Source of the DNA: Myxococcales bacterium
GTDB lineage: Bacteria > Myxococcota_A > UBA9042
Direction: 5' to 3'
Assembly: GCA_037441385.1 (NCBI GenBank)
Contig: JBBISH010000015.1
Span: forward strand, 10,256-74,255
Length of the DNA: 64,000 bases
A model generated the notes under the pieces. That model saw only the letters and a program-made list of their open reading frames with translations, was not told the DNA's origin and made no database searches. Position numbers and translations under genes: made by a program. Shown here piece by piece: positions 28,728 to 39,200 of the stretch. Position 1 is the stretch's first letter. The number at the start of each line of letters is the position of its first letter.

Positions 28728-30907
28728 GCGTACCCCAGCAACTTGCCGATTTGATAGACGCCCATGCTGGCTAGCCACGCGGCTGCGTTGAGGTAGCCCA
28801 GGGCAAACAAGGCCCAGCGCCAGCTGCCGGACTCGCGCGCGATCGTGGCGAGCGTGTTCAAGCACTGCATGGCGATCGCGAAAAAGACCATCAGGGACAA
28901 GCCCGACAGCGGGGTCAGCGCCCCGGCGCCGGCCATCGAGCGGCCCACGTCGGCGGCGAAACGGTCGTCGACGTCGGCCTGCGTGCCCTTGCCGTAGACC
29001 TGAGCCATGACCGGCACCAGCACCTCGCGAGCCGCAAACGACCCGACCAGACCGATGCCGATACGCCAGTCAAAGCCCAAGGGCTGGATGACCGGCTCGA
29101 TCCAATGGCCGATGCGGCCGGCGGCGCTTTGCTGCAGGTGGATCTGCGCGTCGCGGGCTTCGATCGCGGCCAGCGCCGCTTGCTGAGCATCGCCTTGCAA
29201 GTGCTGCGCGGCGACCTGAGCCTCTAGGCGGGCGCGCTCGTCCTGGTCCAAGCCGTGGCGCGGGAAGGTCATCAAACCCCACAACACAACAGACAAAAGT
29301 ACGATGGTGGTGCCGGTCGTGATCACAAAATCGCGGCCGCGATCCCAAAGCACACGAGCGATGTTCGACGGTCGCGGCAGGCGGTAGGGCGGCATCTCGA
29401 GCAGCAACGGCGCGCCCGCACCCGGTACCAGCGTGCGCCGGAAGATCGCCGCCGCCAGCAAAGCCAGGACGAAACCCAGAACATACATGCCCGTCACGAT
29501 GAGGCCGCCCAGCGACAGCACGCCAAGGACCGGCGCCGTGCCGGCAAAAACCGCAGCGGTAACCAGGGTATACACCGGCAGGCGCGCCGAGCACGACATC
29601 AGCGGCGCAATGAGGATCGTGAGCAGGCGATCGCGCGGGTCGCTCATGGTGCGGGTGGCCAGGATGCCGGGCACCGCGCAGGCGTGGCTGGAGAGCAGAG
29701 GCACAAAAGCCTTGCCGGGAAGCCCGACCCGCGCCATCAGGCGGTCGGCCAAGAACGCGGCCCGCGCCAGGTAGCCGCTGTCTTCGAGCAAGGCGATCCC
29801 AAGGAAAAGAATCAGAATCTGCGGCAAGAACACCAACGTGCCGCCGATACCCACCAGCACCCCGTCGATCAGGACCGCACGCAGCAGGTTGTCGGGCAGG
29901 TAGGCGCGCGCGGCCGTCGCCAGCGTGTCCATCAGGGCCGCCACCCCGTCGGCCAGCGGCTGGGCCCAGGCAAAAACCGCCTGAAACAGCGCGGCCATGG
30001 CCAGTACGAACAGCCCACCGCCGATCAGCGGGTGCAGCAGCACGTCGTCGATGCGATCCGAGAGGCTGCGCTGGGCCGCGTCGTTGCGCGCGACCCGAGC
30101 CGCGACGATCGCGTCGATGCGCTGGTAGCGCTCGTGAACCACGCGCCGGCGCACGTCGACATCCGGCTGCGAGTGGCGCGGGACCGCCTGGCAAAGCGCT
30201 TGGCCCAGCCCGGGTTGCAGACGGTCGACCAAGGTTGCCTCGGCGCACAGCCACCACAGCACGGCCCCGCTCGCCAGCGACTGCAAACGCGGATCACAGG
30301 CGCGGGCGCGGGCGACGGCTTCCATCACCTCGCTGCTCCAAGCCGTCTCGGCGACCGCCCCGCGCTCGGGGTAGTCCGCGACTTGGCGCACCGCCGTTTC
30401 TAGCTGCGGCAGGCCCTGGCCGTTGCGCGCCACCAGCGGCACACACGGGCAGCCCAAGTCCGCCTGCAGCCCAGGCAAATCCAGGGTCAGCCCGGCGGCC
30501 GCCGCGGCATCCATCATGTTCAGCGCCGCCACCACCGGCAGGCCAAGCTCGGCCACTTGCAGCAAAAGCAGCAGGTTTCTAGCCAAGTTGCTGGCGTCGA
30601 GCACGACCACCACCACCTGCGGGGCCTCGCCGAACTGCCCAGTCAGGGCCTGATGCGCAATCTCTTCTTCGGGGCTGTGGGCGGTCAGGCTGTAGGCGCC
30701 GGGAAGGTCGTGGACGCGCCACAACTGGCCGTCGGCACAGCGGTGCTCGCCGGACCGCTGCTCTACGGTCACACCCGGATAGTTGCCGACGTGGGCGCGC
30801 CGACCAGTCAACTGGTTGAAAAGGGTAGTCTTCCCTGTGTTGGGGTTACCGCAGAGGGCCACGCGCAGGGCCAAGGTCGCAGTCTGTTCCGAGGGGGTGG
30901 CTGCCAT
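28724..30907 (-). CDS. feoB: Ferrous iron transporter FeoB
   Basis: GNPNTGKTTLFN; VGNYPGVTVE; DLPGAYSL; LEDSGYLARAAF; CSARLPVY; AREV. Confidence 0.97.
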   Translation of the reverse strand: MAATPSEQTATLALRVALCGNPNTGKTTLFNQLTGRRAHVGNYPGVTVEQRSGEHRCADGQLWRVHDLPGAYSLTAHSPEEEIAHQALTGQFGEAPQVVVVVLDASNLARNLLLLLQVAELGLPVVAALNMMDAAAAAGLTLDLPGLQADLGCPCVPLVARNGQGLPQLETAVRQVADYPERGAVAETAWSSEVMEAVARARACDPRLQSLASGAVLWWLCAEATLVDRLQPGLGQALCQAVPRHSQPDVDVRRRVVHERYQRIDAIVAARVARNDAAQRSLSDRIDDVLLHPLIGGGLFVLAMAALFQAVFAWAQPLADGVAALMDTLATAARAYLPDNLLRAVLIDGVLVGIGGTLVFLPQILILFLGIALLEDSGYLARAAFLADRLMARVGLPGKAFVPLLSSHACAVPGILATRTMSDPRDRLLTILIAPLMSCSARLPVYTLVTAAVFAGTAPVLGVLSLGGLIVTGMYVLGFVLALLAAAIFRRTLVPGAGAPLLLEMPPYRLPRPSNIARVLWDRGRDFVITTGTTIVLLSVVLWGLMTFPRHGLDQDERARLEAQVAAQHLQGDAQQAALAAIEARDAQIHLQQSAAGRIGHWIEPVIQPLGFDWRIGIGLVGSFAAREVLVPVMAQVYGKGTQADVDDRFAADVGRSMAGAGALTPLSGLSLMVFFAIAMQCLNTLATIARESGSWRWALFALGYLNAAAWLASMGVYQIGKLLGYA

Positions 30908-30911
30908 CGAC

Positions 30912-31217
30912 CTACGCCGCAGCGCCCTGGGCGGCGGTGCCCGGTCCCAGGTCGACCTGCACAGTTCCGGCCTGATCGCGGCGCAGCGACAAGGCAAAAT
31001 CGCGAATGCGCACCTGGACGGGCCCGCCCAGGACCCCGCGGCGCAGCACTTCGACCGGAGCGCCTGGAGTCATGCCCAGCTCGACCAGGCGGTCGCCCAG
31101 TTCGTCCATCAGCGCCACGCAGAGCACGCGGGCGCGGGTGCCGACCGGAAGATCAGCAAGCGAAATCGGCTGGTTTGCGGTGCGGGTCCGAGCTTCGGGC
31201 AGGGTCATCGGGCTCAT
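30912..31217 (-). CDS. feoA: Ferrous iron transport protein FeoA
   Basis: RLVELGMTPGAPVEVLRRG.LGGPVQVRIRDFALSLRR; immediately upstream of feoB. Start could instead be 31208. Confidence 0.93.
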   Translation of the reverse strand: MSPMTLPEARTRTANQPISLADLPVGTRARVLCVALMDELGDRLVELGMTPGAPVEVLRRGVLGGPVQVRIRDFALSLRRDQAGTVQVDLGPGTAAQGAAA

Positions 31218-31258
31218 GTCCACCAAGCGGGCGGCGCGCTACGTGCGCCCACGGGAAA

Positions 31259-31277
31259 CATGATAACGATTTTCAAT
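31259..31277. promoter_or_regulatory. Fur box upstream of feoA
   Basis: AT-rich TGATAAC-G-ATTTTCA (31261-31275) matches the 7-1-7 Fur consensus TGATAAT-N-ATTATCA at 12/14; lies ~45 nt upstream of feoA. Confidence 0.8.
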
Positions 31278-31329
31278 TTCACCGACAAGAGCAATCGACG
31301 ACAGGGCACGCGCTCCCGTCACGCCCAAG

Positions 31330-32364
31330 TCACGCCGGTCCGTTCGCCGGCGCGGCCTCGGGCTCGGCGGACGGAGCCGCGGCGGCCGTTTCGGCAATCG
31401 AAGCCGGTTCGCTCGCAGCGGCGACGGCATCGACTAGGTCCAGTACTTCGGCGATCTGCGGCGCGGCGCTGGCGGCGGCAGCGGCCTCGCGATCGGCCTG
31501 GGTCGGCGCTTCGACGGGTTCTTCGGCATCGGGCATCTCGGCCAGCGCGGCCTGATCTTGGGCAACGCCCGCGCGATTGGGCACGTACTCGGGGCGCTCG
31601 CGGCCGTGTTTGATGCGGTACAGCTCGTCCTCGGCCAGATCGAGGGCGCCCATCGTGACGATGTAGGCCTGACGAGTGCGCTCGCTCTTGCGCTCCAGGA
31701 CCCGCAGCGCCAGCTCGCGCTCGAAGATCATCTTGCGGAAGGTCTCGCGCTCGGCCTTGAGTTTGTCGATGAATTCCTTCTGCTTGTCGTCTTGGCGGGC
31801 GGCGCGCGCGGCCTCGCGCTCAGTCTTGGCCGCTTCGGCTTCGGCCAGGCGGGCGGCGCGCTCGGCTTCCAGCTCGGCGCGACGCAGCAACGTGGCCTCG
31901 TCGACCACGCGCTCGGGCTTGGGCTCGGCGGGCGGCGGCGCGGCTTCGACCACTGGCTTTTCGACCACCGGCGCCGGCTTCTTGTGCGAACGCTCGGCCA
32001 GGGCGTGCGACAGCTCTTCGGCCCGCGCTTCGGCCTTGCGGAGCTTGGCTTGAAGATCGTGGCTCTCGGTCTCGGCCTTCTTCAGGGCCGCTTGCAGGCG
32101 CTTGACTTCCTCTTTGGCGGCGGCGGCTTGGGCCTTGAACTCCTTGGCACCCTTGTCTTCTTTGCCCGCGGCCTCGCGGCTTTGGTCAAAGCGCTTCTTG
32201 AAGCCATCGGCACGCTCGGCTTGGGCACGCGAGTCGGCCTCCGCCTTGTCGGCCTTGTCGGTCAGCGACTTGATTTGATCTTGTAGTTTCGAGCTTTGCA
32301 GCCACAGCCAGATGGCCAAAGCGGCACAGGCTGCCGCCAGCAGGGCCAGCACCATAATGTTCAT
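31330..32364 (-). CDS. Membrane-anchored coiled-coil hypothetical protein
   Basis: SD GGAG; N-terminal TM; long K/E/A-rich heptad regions; acidic Pro/Ala tail. Confidence 0.8.
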   Translation of the reverse strand: MNIMVLALLAAACAALAIWLWLQSSKLQDQIKSLTDKADKAEADSRAQAERADGFKKRFDQSREAAGKEDKGAKEFKAQAAAAKEEVKRLQAALKKAETESHDLQAKLRKAEARAEELSHALAERSHKKPAPVVEKPVVEAAPPPAEPKPERVVDEATLLRRAELEAERAARLAEAEAAKTEREAARAARQDDKQKEFIDKLKAERETFRKMIFERELALRVLERKSERTRQAYIVTMGALDLAEDELYRIKHGRERPEYVPNRAGVAQDQAALAEMPDAEEPVEAPTQADREAAAAASAAPQIAEVLDLVDAVAAASEPASIAETAAAAPSAEPEAAPANGPA

Positions 32365-32538
32365 GTCGGACTCCAAACGTGGGCACGCGCGCAATCCCGC
32401 GGGCATGGCAGGCGGCGGCGGCTCTTTCGTGTACCACGACAGGGCTATGGCCGACAAGGAATTGCGACGGCGGCCAAGGTGCGCGACACTTGCCGCAGCC
32501 GGATGCAGGGGGCTAGCGTGGACAAAGGTCAAGTCAGC

Positions 32539-32988
32539 ATGACGCTGCAAGAGTGGCTGCAGCAAGTGGAATCCGCCCTAGTGCAGGATCGGCAGCGCAT
32601 GACCAAGCAACGGCGGCTGGTGGCCGAGACGTTGTGGCAGCATCGGCACTTCAACGTGGAAGAGTTGCACCGGCAAGTGCGCGAGCGCGACGACGCCATT
32701 GGCTACGCCACCACCTACCGCACGGTCAAACTGCTGGAGCGCGCGGGCTTGGTCCACGCCGGGCAATTCGGCGACGGCACCGCCCGTTTTGAGGTAGTGG
32801 TGGGCGACAGCGACCATCACGACCACCTGATCTGCACGCGCTGTGGCGCCATCGTCGAATTCGAACTGGACGCGATCGAGCAACTGCAAAAACAAGTTGC
32901 CGAATTGCACGGCTATGCCCTGACCGCCCATCGGCTGGACATGTTTGGCCTGTGCCCCAGCTGTCAGAAGTCCGGCAAACGCGCATAA
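32539..32988 (+). CDS. fur: Fur family transcriptional regulator
   Basis: RMTKQR; H.NVEEL; IGYATTYRTVKLL; HHDHLICTRCG..VEF; HRL..FGLCPSC. Confidence 0.93.
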   Translation: MTLQEWLQQVESALVQDRQRMTKQRRLVAETLWQHRHFNVEELHRQVRERDDAIGYATTYRTVKLLERAGLVHAGQFGDGTARFEVVVGDSDHHDHLICTRCGAIVEFELDAIEQLQKQVAELHGYALTAHRLDMFGLCPSCQKSGKRA

Positions 32989-33006
32989 AGACAAAGGAAA
33001 TCAGAC

Positions 33007-34704
33007 ATGAACGGCATCTTGGTCGAGTGCGTGCCCAATTTCAGCGAAGGGCGCGACAGGGGCGTGATCGACCAGATCACCCACGAAATCGAGCAGGTCG
33101 AGGGCGTGCTGCTCTTGGACGTGGACCCGGGCAAAGCGACCAATCGCACCGTGGTGACGATGGTGGGGCCGCCCGAGGCAATCCTGGAGGCGGCGGTGCG
33201 GTCGGCCAAGAAAGCCTGCGATCTCATCGATATGCGCAACCACCACGGCGAACACCCACGGTTTGGCGCGCTGGATGTGTGCCCGCTGGTGCCCGTCAGC
33301 GGCCTTTCGCTGGCTGAGGCGGCCGAGTGGGCGCACAAGCTGGCCCAGCGGCTGGCCAGCGAAGTGGGCATGACGATCTACTGCTACGAGGCAGCCGCCA
33401 CCACGCCGCGCCGCAAGAACCTGGCCGAGGTCCGCGCGGGCGAATACGAGGGCCTGCCGGCCAAGCTCGCCCGACCCGAGGGGCAACCCGACTATGGGCC
33501 TGCGCAATTCAACGCGAAATGCGGCGCCACTGCCGTGGGCGCGCGCGACTTCTTGGTGGCTTACAACGTCAACTTGAACACGACCTCGACGCGACGCGCC
33601 AACGCGATCGCCTTTGATGTGCGCGAAAAGGGACGGGAACTGCGCGAGGGCGGCAGTCTGACCGGCAAGATTCTGCGCGATGGCAACGGCGAGCCGTTGT
33701 GGCAGCCGGGCACGCTGAAGGCCACCAAGGCGATCGGCTGGTTCATCGACGAGTATGGCATCGCGCAAGTTTCGATGAACCTTACGGATATCTCGGTCAC
33801 GCCAATGCACGTGGCTTTTGACGAGGTGTGCGCCAAGGCGGCCGAGCGCGGCGTGCGCGTGACCGGTTCCGAGCTGGTGGGCGTGGTGCCGCTGCGGGCG
33901 ATGCTGGACGCCGGCCGCTACTTCTTGGAAAAGCAGCAGCGCTCGGTGGGGGTCTCGGACGACGAACTGGTCAAGATCGCGGTGCGCTCGCTGGGTCTGG
34001 CCGATCTGACCCCGTTCGATCCCAGCGAGAAGATCATCGAGTACGCCATCGCCAAGCGACAGAAGGCCCAGCGTTCCCTACAGAATTTGACCGTGCGCGC
34101 CTTTGTGGAAGAGACGGCGTCCGAGTCGGCGGCGCCGGGCGGCGGTTCGGTGGCGGCACTGCTGGGGGCCCTGGCGGCCGCGCTGGGTACGATGGTGGCG
34201 AACCTCGCCTCGCACAAGCGCGGCTGGGACGATCGGTGGCGCGCGTTTTCGGACCAGGCGGCCGTGGGCAAAGCGCTGCACATGCGCCTGGGTCAGCTAA
34301 TCGACGAAGACACGCGCGCCTTTGACGCGATCATGGCGGCCTTGGGCATGCCGCGGGCCAGCGACGACGACAAACAGCGGCGTACCCAGGCGTTGCGCGA
34401 TGCCACCCTGAACGCGATCGCCGTGCCGCTGCAGACCATGCGCGTCGCGGCACAGACCTACGATCTGCTGGAAGCCATGGCGAAAACGGGTAATCCGGCG
34501 TCGATCTCGGACGTGGGCGTGGGCGTGCTGTGCGCAACGGCGGCGGTGCGCGGCGCCCACCTGAACGTGCGCATCAACGCGGGCGGGCTGAAGGATCCGG
34601 GCGAGGCGGCAGCGATGCTCGACGAAGCCAACCAGATCGCGCAGCGGGCCGCCGCGAGTGAGCAAGCCATCTTGGAGCTGGTCGAGAAGCACCTGAACGC
34701 GTGA
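33007..34704 (+). CDS. ftcD: Glutamate formimidoyltransferase / formiminotetrahydrofolate cyclodeaminase (fused FTCD)
   Basis: LVECVPNFSEGRD; NRTVVT; HHGEHPRFGALDVCP; QVSMNLTD; C-terminal APGGGSVAA...NPASISDVGVG..NVRIN. Confidence 0.95.
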   Translation: MNGILVECVPNFSEGRDRGVIDQITHEIEQVEGVLLLDVDPGKATNRTVVTMVGPPEAILEAAVRSAKKACDLIDMRNHHGEHPRFGALDVCPLVPVSGLSLAEAAEWAHKLAQRLASEVGMTIYCYEAAATTPRRKNLAEVRAGEYEGLPAKLARPEGQPDYGPAQFNAKCGATAVGARDFLVAYNVNLNTTSTRRANAIAFDVREKGRELREGGSLTGKILRDGNGEPLWQPGTLKATKAIGWFIDEYGIAQVSMNLTDISVTPMHVAFDEVCAKAAERGVRVTGSELVGVVPLRAMLDAGRYFLEKQQRSVGVSDDELVKIAVRSLGLADLTPFDPSEKIIEYAIAKRQKAQRSLQNLTVRAFVEETASESAAPGGGSVAALLGALAAALGTMVANLASHKRGWDDRWRAFSDQAAVGKALHMRLGQLIDEDTRAFDAIMAALGMPRASDDDKQRRTQALRDATLNAIAVPLQTMRVAAQTYDLLEAMAKTGNPASISDVGVGVLCATAAVRGAHLNVRINAGGLKDPGEAAAMLDEANQIAQRAAASEQAILELVEKHLNA

Positions 34705-34722
34705 ATCACCGCGGGGTTTTGA

Positions 34723-36072
34723 TCAGTCCAGGCCCAGGGCCTCGGCATCCAGCCGGCGCGCCACTTCGCCATCGATGCGGTCGACGCGGTCGTGGCGGTG
34801 CTCGGGGGATTGCGGCGCCAGGTTGACCAGCTCGGGCCAAGCGGCGGCAAACCAAAGAGTCAAGCGCGGCACGGACTCGGCGACGCGCACGGCCACGGCG
34901 GCCATCGCGCGGAAATCGCCCGCGAACTCTTCTAGATGCGCGGCCATCACATGGTCTACCGCGACCCGCGGCAGCTCGGCCCCCACGGCCGCGTGCAGCA
35001 GCGGCCCCAGACCACCGGCGGGAAGATCGTCCAGCGCCAACTGCCAGGCCTGCCCCGGCCACCAGCCCCGCGACCACGCGTCGGCCGCATCGCGGCAACG
35101 GTTGAACCAATCACTGACCATCCGCCCCAGACGATGGGCATCGCGAATGCGGTGGCCTTCGGCCCCGCGCAGCAATTCGGCCGCGAGGTCGTGCCAAAAA
35201 TTAGCCAGATCGGTAAGTTGTGGCTGATCCTGTGGCCACTGGCGCGCCAATTCTTCCACTTCGGTCAGCGTGTGCGCGCGGCGCAGGTGCACCCGATCTT
35301 CGGCCGGATCAGGCAGATCCTCGGGCAGGATGAGGCTCCAAGTGCCCGAGACCTCGATGGCGAACTTGGTCGCCAGCGGCCCGGTTGGCACGCCTTCGAG
35401 CAACCCTGGGCCCGCCTCGACCTGAGCGGCCAGCGGGCGGAACTGCGTGGAGTCGGGCTGCCATTGGAACGCGAAACGCTTGAGTTCGCCGCTGGGCAGG
35501 CGGCTCACCCACGGCAGGCGGAACGCCTCGACCATCGCGCGTGGCACCCGCACTGGCGCCGGCGCAAATTGGGCGTGCAAAAGCGGCCGCTCGCGGACCA
35601 GCGACCGCACGGTGGCCATGTGGTCGTGCAACTCCAGGCGGCCAATTTGCCGGTCGCCGGTCCACAGCAACCCGCCCACGGCCGACACGATGTGATCGAC
35701 GTGCTGCCGCAGTGTGATCGCCAGGGGCTGGTCGTGCAGCTGCCCCGGACGGGGCCGCGGACCCAAGCTGCGCCGCACCCAGGGCACGCCCACGCTGCAC
35801 TCGTCCCAGCGCAGATCGCCCGTGTCGCGGCGTTCTACCGCTACGTGGACATCGCTGTACCGCCCAAGAATCAAGACGATCGGGTGGATGCCTGGTTCGC
35901 ACAGCCGCTGCGGCGCCAGCTCTAGGCCCGGCGGCAGCAACCCTTCGACCACCGCTGCCGACATCTCGACTGCGAGCAACTGCGCGCGCAAATGCCCGTG
36001 CACAAGCGGCACGGCGGCGCGCGGGCCAGTCCACAAGGTTGCCAAACCGTCGAGCGCGTGCGGTAACGCCAT
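34723..36072 (-). CDS. Hypothetical protein (possible ADC/DUF2071-like N-terminal plus degenerate DUF5995-like C-terminal domain)
   Basis: Fills the gap between ftcD and gltB; VEGLLPPGLEL and E..VGVPWV resemble the acetoacetate-decarboxylase-like fold. Start is uncertain. Confidence 0.55.
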   Translation of the reverse strand: MALPHALDGLATLWTGPRAAVPLVHGHLRAQLLAVEMSAAVVEGLLPPGLELAPQRLCEPGIHPIVLILGRYSDVHVAVERRDTGDLRWDECSVGVPWVRRSLGPRPRPGQLHDQPLAITLRQHVDHIVSAVGGLLWTGDRQIGRLELHDHMATVRSLVRERPLLHAQFAPAPVRVPRAMVEAFRLPWVSRLPSGELKRFAFQWQPDSTQFRPLAAQVEAGPGLLEGVPTGPLATKFAIEVSGTWSLILPEDLPDPAEDRVHLRRAHTLTEVEELARQWPQDQPQLTDLANFWHDLAAELLRGAEGHRIRDAHRLGRMVSDWFNRCRDAADAWSRGWWPGQAWQLALDDLPAGGLGPLLHAAVGAELPRVAVDHVMAAHLEEFAGDFRAMAAVAVRVAESVPRLTLWFAAAWPELVNLAPQSPEHRHDRVDRIDGEVARRLDAEALGLD

Positions 36073-36260
36073 GTTCACCTGCCGGGCATGCACGAGTCGC
36101 CATGCATGCATGAATCGTCGAGTTTGCCGCAGTCGCAGAGAGGAGGCCCAAGTCCCACTGGTAGATACACGCGCTTCAAAGCGAGCGCAAGCGACTTTGC
36201 ACACGGCACATCCGAGCTGAACACGCGACGAAATGGGCGGCACGCGCTACACTGCTGCGC

Positions 36261-39200
36261 ATGAAGACCGCACGTTCCAGCCGCCTTGTCCCGAATCGCC
36301 GCATCCCCACCCACATCCAGCAACTGATTGATCATCCGTCGCGCGGCGGGTGCGGCGTGGGGGCGATTGCCGACCTGCGCGGCCCCAGCCACGGCCTGAT
36401 CGACGAAGCGCTTGCCGCCCTGGTGTCCATGGAACACCGCGGGGGCGCGTTGGACGACACCGGCGATGGCGCGGGCCTGCTTTTTACCCTGGATGCCAAG
36501 TGGTTTTCGCGCTTCGTCGCGCCCGGCAAGCACGTGCCCGAAGGTGACCACTTGTCGGTGGGCGTGGTGCTGTTTCCGCTGGCCGCGGCCGGCAATATCC
36601 GCGTGTGGCAAGAGGAAATTGACGCTCACCTGCGTCGCGAGGGCCTGGCGCCGCTGGGATGGCGGCGCGTGCCGGTTGACGAGAGTGCGCTGGGTCGGGC
36701 CGCCGCCGAGTCGCGCCGCGAAGTGTGGCAAGTGCTCATCGGCGAAGGTTTGGTCCCGCCCAAGAAGTTGGCAATCGCCTTGTGGCGCGCCAAGGAGCAC
36801 ATCGAACTGGCGGTGCGCGATGTGTACCTGGCCTCGTTCACGCCGCGGACGGTGGTGTACAAAGCGCTTTGCACCGGCGAACAGTTGGGCAAGTTCTACC
36901 TGGACTTCCATGACCCCGAGCTCACCACCCAAGCCGTGGTGTTCCACCGGCGCTATTCGACCAACACGTTCTCGGACTGGCTCTTGGCCCAGCCCTTCCG
37001 CACGCTGGCGCACAACGGCGAGATCAACACCATTAAGGCGACGCGCGACGCAGCGCGCAACCTGGCCAAAGAGCTAGGGTTCCAAGAGTTGCTGATGAAG
37101 CAGGGCTCGGACTCGGCCGACTTGGACCGCGTGATCGAGGTGCTGACTGCCCACGGGGTGCCGCTGCTGGAGGCCTTGCTGCGGTTGATGCCGCCAGCGC
37201 ACGGCGACGAGCCCGACTATCCCAGGCAGGCTGCGCTGTTCCACCGCGGCGTGCAGCGCGCGATGGGCACGCTGGGGGCGTGGGAGGGCCCGGCGGCGTT
37301 GGTGGCCACGGACGGCGATCATGTGGTGGCTACGCTGGACCGCATGGGTCTGCGGCCGCTACGCTGGCTACGCACGCACCAAGGTAAGGTGGCGATTTGC
37401 AGCGAGATCGGCTGCTTGAACGTGGATCCCGCCGACATCGCCGAAACGCGGCAGCTGGATCCCGGCCAGGCGTTTGCCGTGGACCTGACCCAAGGCAAGA
37501 TCTTGCAACCCCATGAAGTAGTAGCCGAAGTGCTGCGTCACACGCCCCTGAACGTGGGCGAGTTGGCGGAGCAGCAGCTGTTACCGATGCCGTCGCGCGG
37601 ACCGCTGGCCCACGGCCGCCCCACGGCCGCGACCCTGACCCTGGCGGGCTGGACGGCCGAGCGGGTGCGCACGGCCAAGGCGCTGGCCGAGCATGGCGCC
37701 GAGCCGATGACGTCGATGGGCTACGACCGGCCGCTGGCGGCGCTGAGCCCGACGCGGCCGCCACTGTACAAGTACTTCCGGCAGATCATCGCCGTCGTCA
37801 CCAACCCGCCGATCGACCCGATTCGCGAAGGCTCGGCCATTGACCTGGGCGTGTTCTTGGGTCGCACGCCGCGGGCCTACAGCGACTCGAACGAGTACCG
37901 CGTGTTCCCGCAAGTCCGCGCCAAGTCGCCCTTCTTGACCGAGGCCGAGGTGCGAGGACTGCTGACCCGCGATCCGCCGGGACCCAGCGGTCACCCGGCC
38001 GACGCGCCGACGCCACTGCCGGATACGCGAGTGATCGACGCGACTTACCCCATCGAGGGCGGCAGCAAGGCCCTGTCGGCGCGCCTGGCGTTCTTGGCGG
38101 CCGAGTCGGTGCGCATCGCCCGCAAGCGCGAGTCGGCCGTGTTGGTGCTGAGCGACGCTGCGGCCCTAGAGAACCCGCAAGAGCGGCTGATGATGCCGAT
38201 GCTGTTGCTGGTGGGGGCGATGCACTCGGCGCTGGTGCGGCACGGCTTGCGGCGGCGCTTGTCGCTGGTGGCCGTGGCGAGCGACGTGCAAGAGCCCCAC
38301 GATGGCGCCGTGCTGTTGGCCAATGGGGCCGACGCGATTTGCCCCACCTTGGCGTTTTCTTTGGCACATGAAGCCTTTGGCAACGACGGCGTGATCCGCG
38401 CCAAGAAGGCTTTTGACACGGGCCTGCGGCGGATCCTGTCCAAGATGGGCATCACCTCGGTCGATGGCTACCGCGGCTCGCGCCTGTTCGAAGCCGTGGG
38501 CATCGCAGGGGATATCGTAGAGTTCTACCTGCCTGGGACCACCTCGCGCCTGGGCGGTCTGGAGCTGGGCGACATCGACAGCGACATCCGCGAGCGCCAC
38601 CGCCAGGCGCAGCTGAGCGTGGGCACGCCGCGCAGCCTGGACGCCAAGCTCTACCGCAAGGAAGTGCTGCACCAGTTGCAGTTGGTGGCCCGCGGCGACG
38701 ACCCGGGAGCCTGGGGCCGTTTCATGGCCGCGGTGCAAGCGACGCCCCCGGTGTACCTGCGCGATCTTCTCGACTTCCACAAGGAGGCCGTGCAGCCCTT
38801 GCCCCTGGATCAGGTGGCACCGGCGCGCGAAGTGGCGGCGTCGACCTTTGTCGCGGCGGCCATGAGCCACGGCGCGCTGCACCGCATCGCCCACCGGGCT
38901 ATTGCCGGCGCTTTCAACGAGCTTGGGGCCTTCTCGAACAGCGGCGAAGGCGGCGAGGACACCCGGCGCAACCCCGGCGGCGCCTGGCAGGCCGACCGAT
39001 CGCGCATCCGCCAGGTGGCCAGTGCTCGCTTTGGCGTGGACGCCGCCTACTTGCGCGGCGCCGACGAACTGCAGATCAAGATCGGCCAGGGCGCCAAGCC
39101 CGGCGAAGGCGGCCATCTGCCCGGCGAAAAGGTGACGGCCGAGATCGCCGCGATTCGCCGGTGTCCACCCGGAGTTACGCTGATCTCGCCGCCGCCGCAC

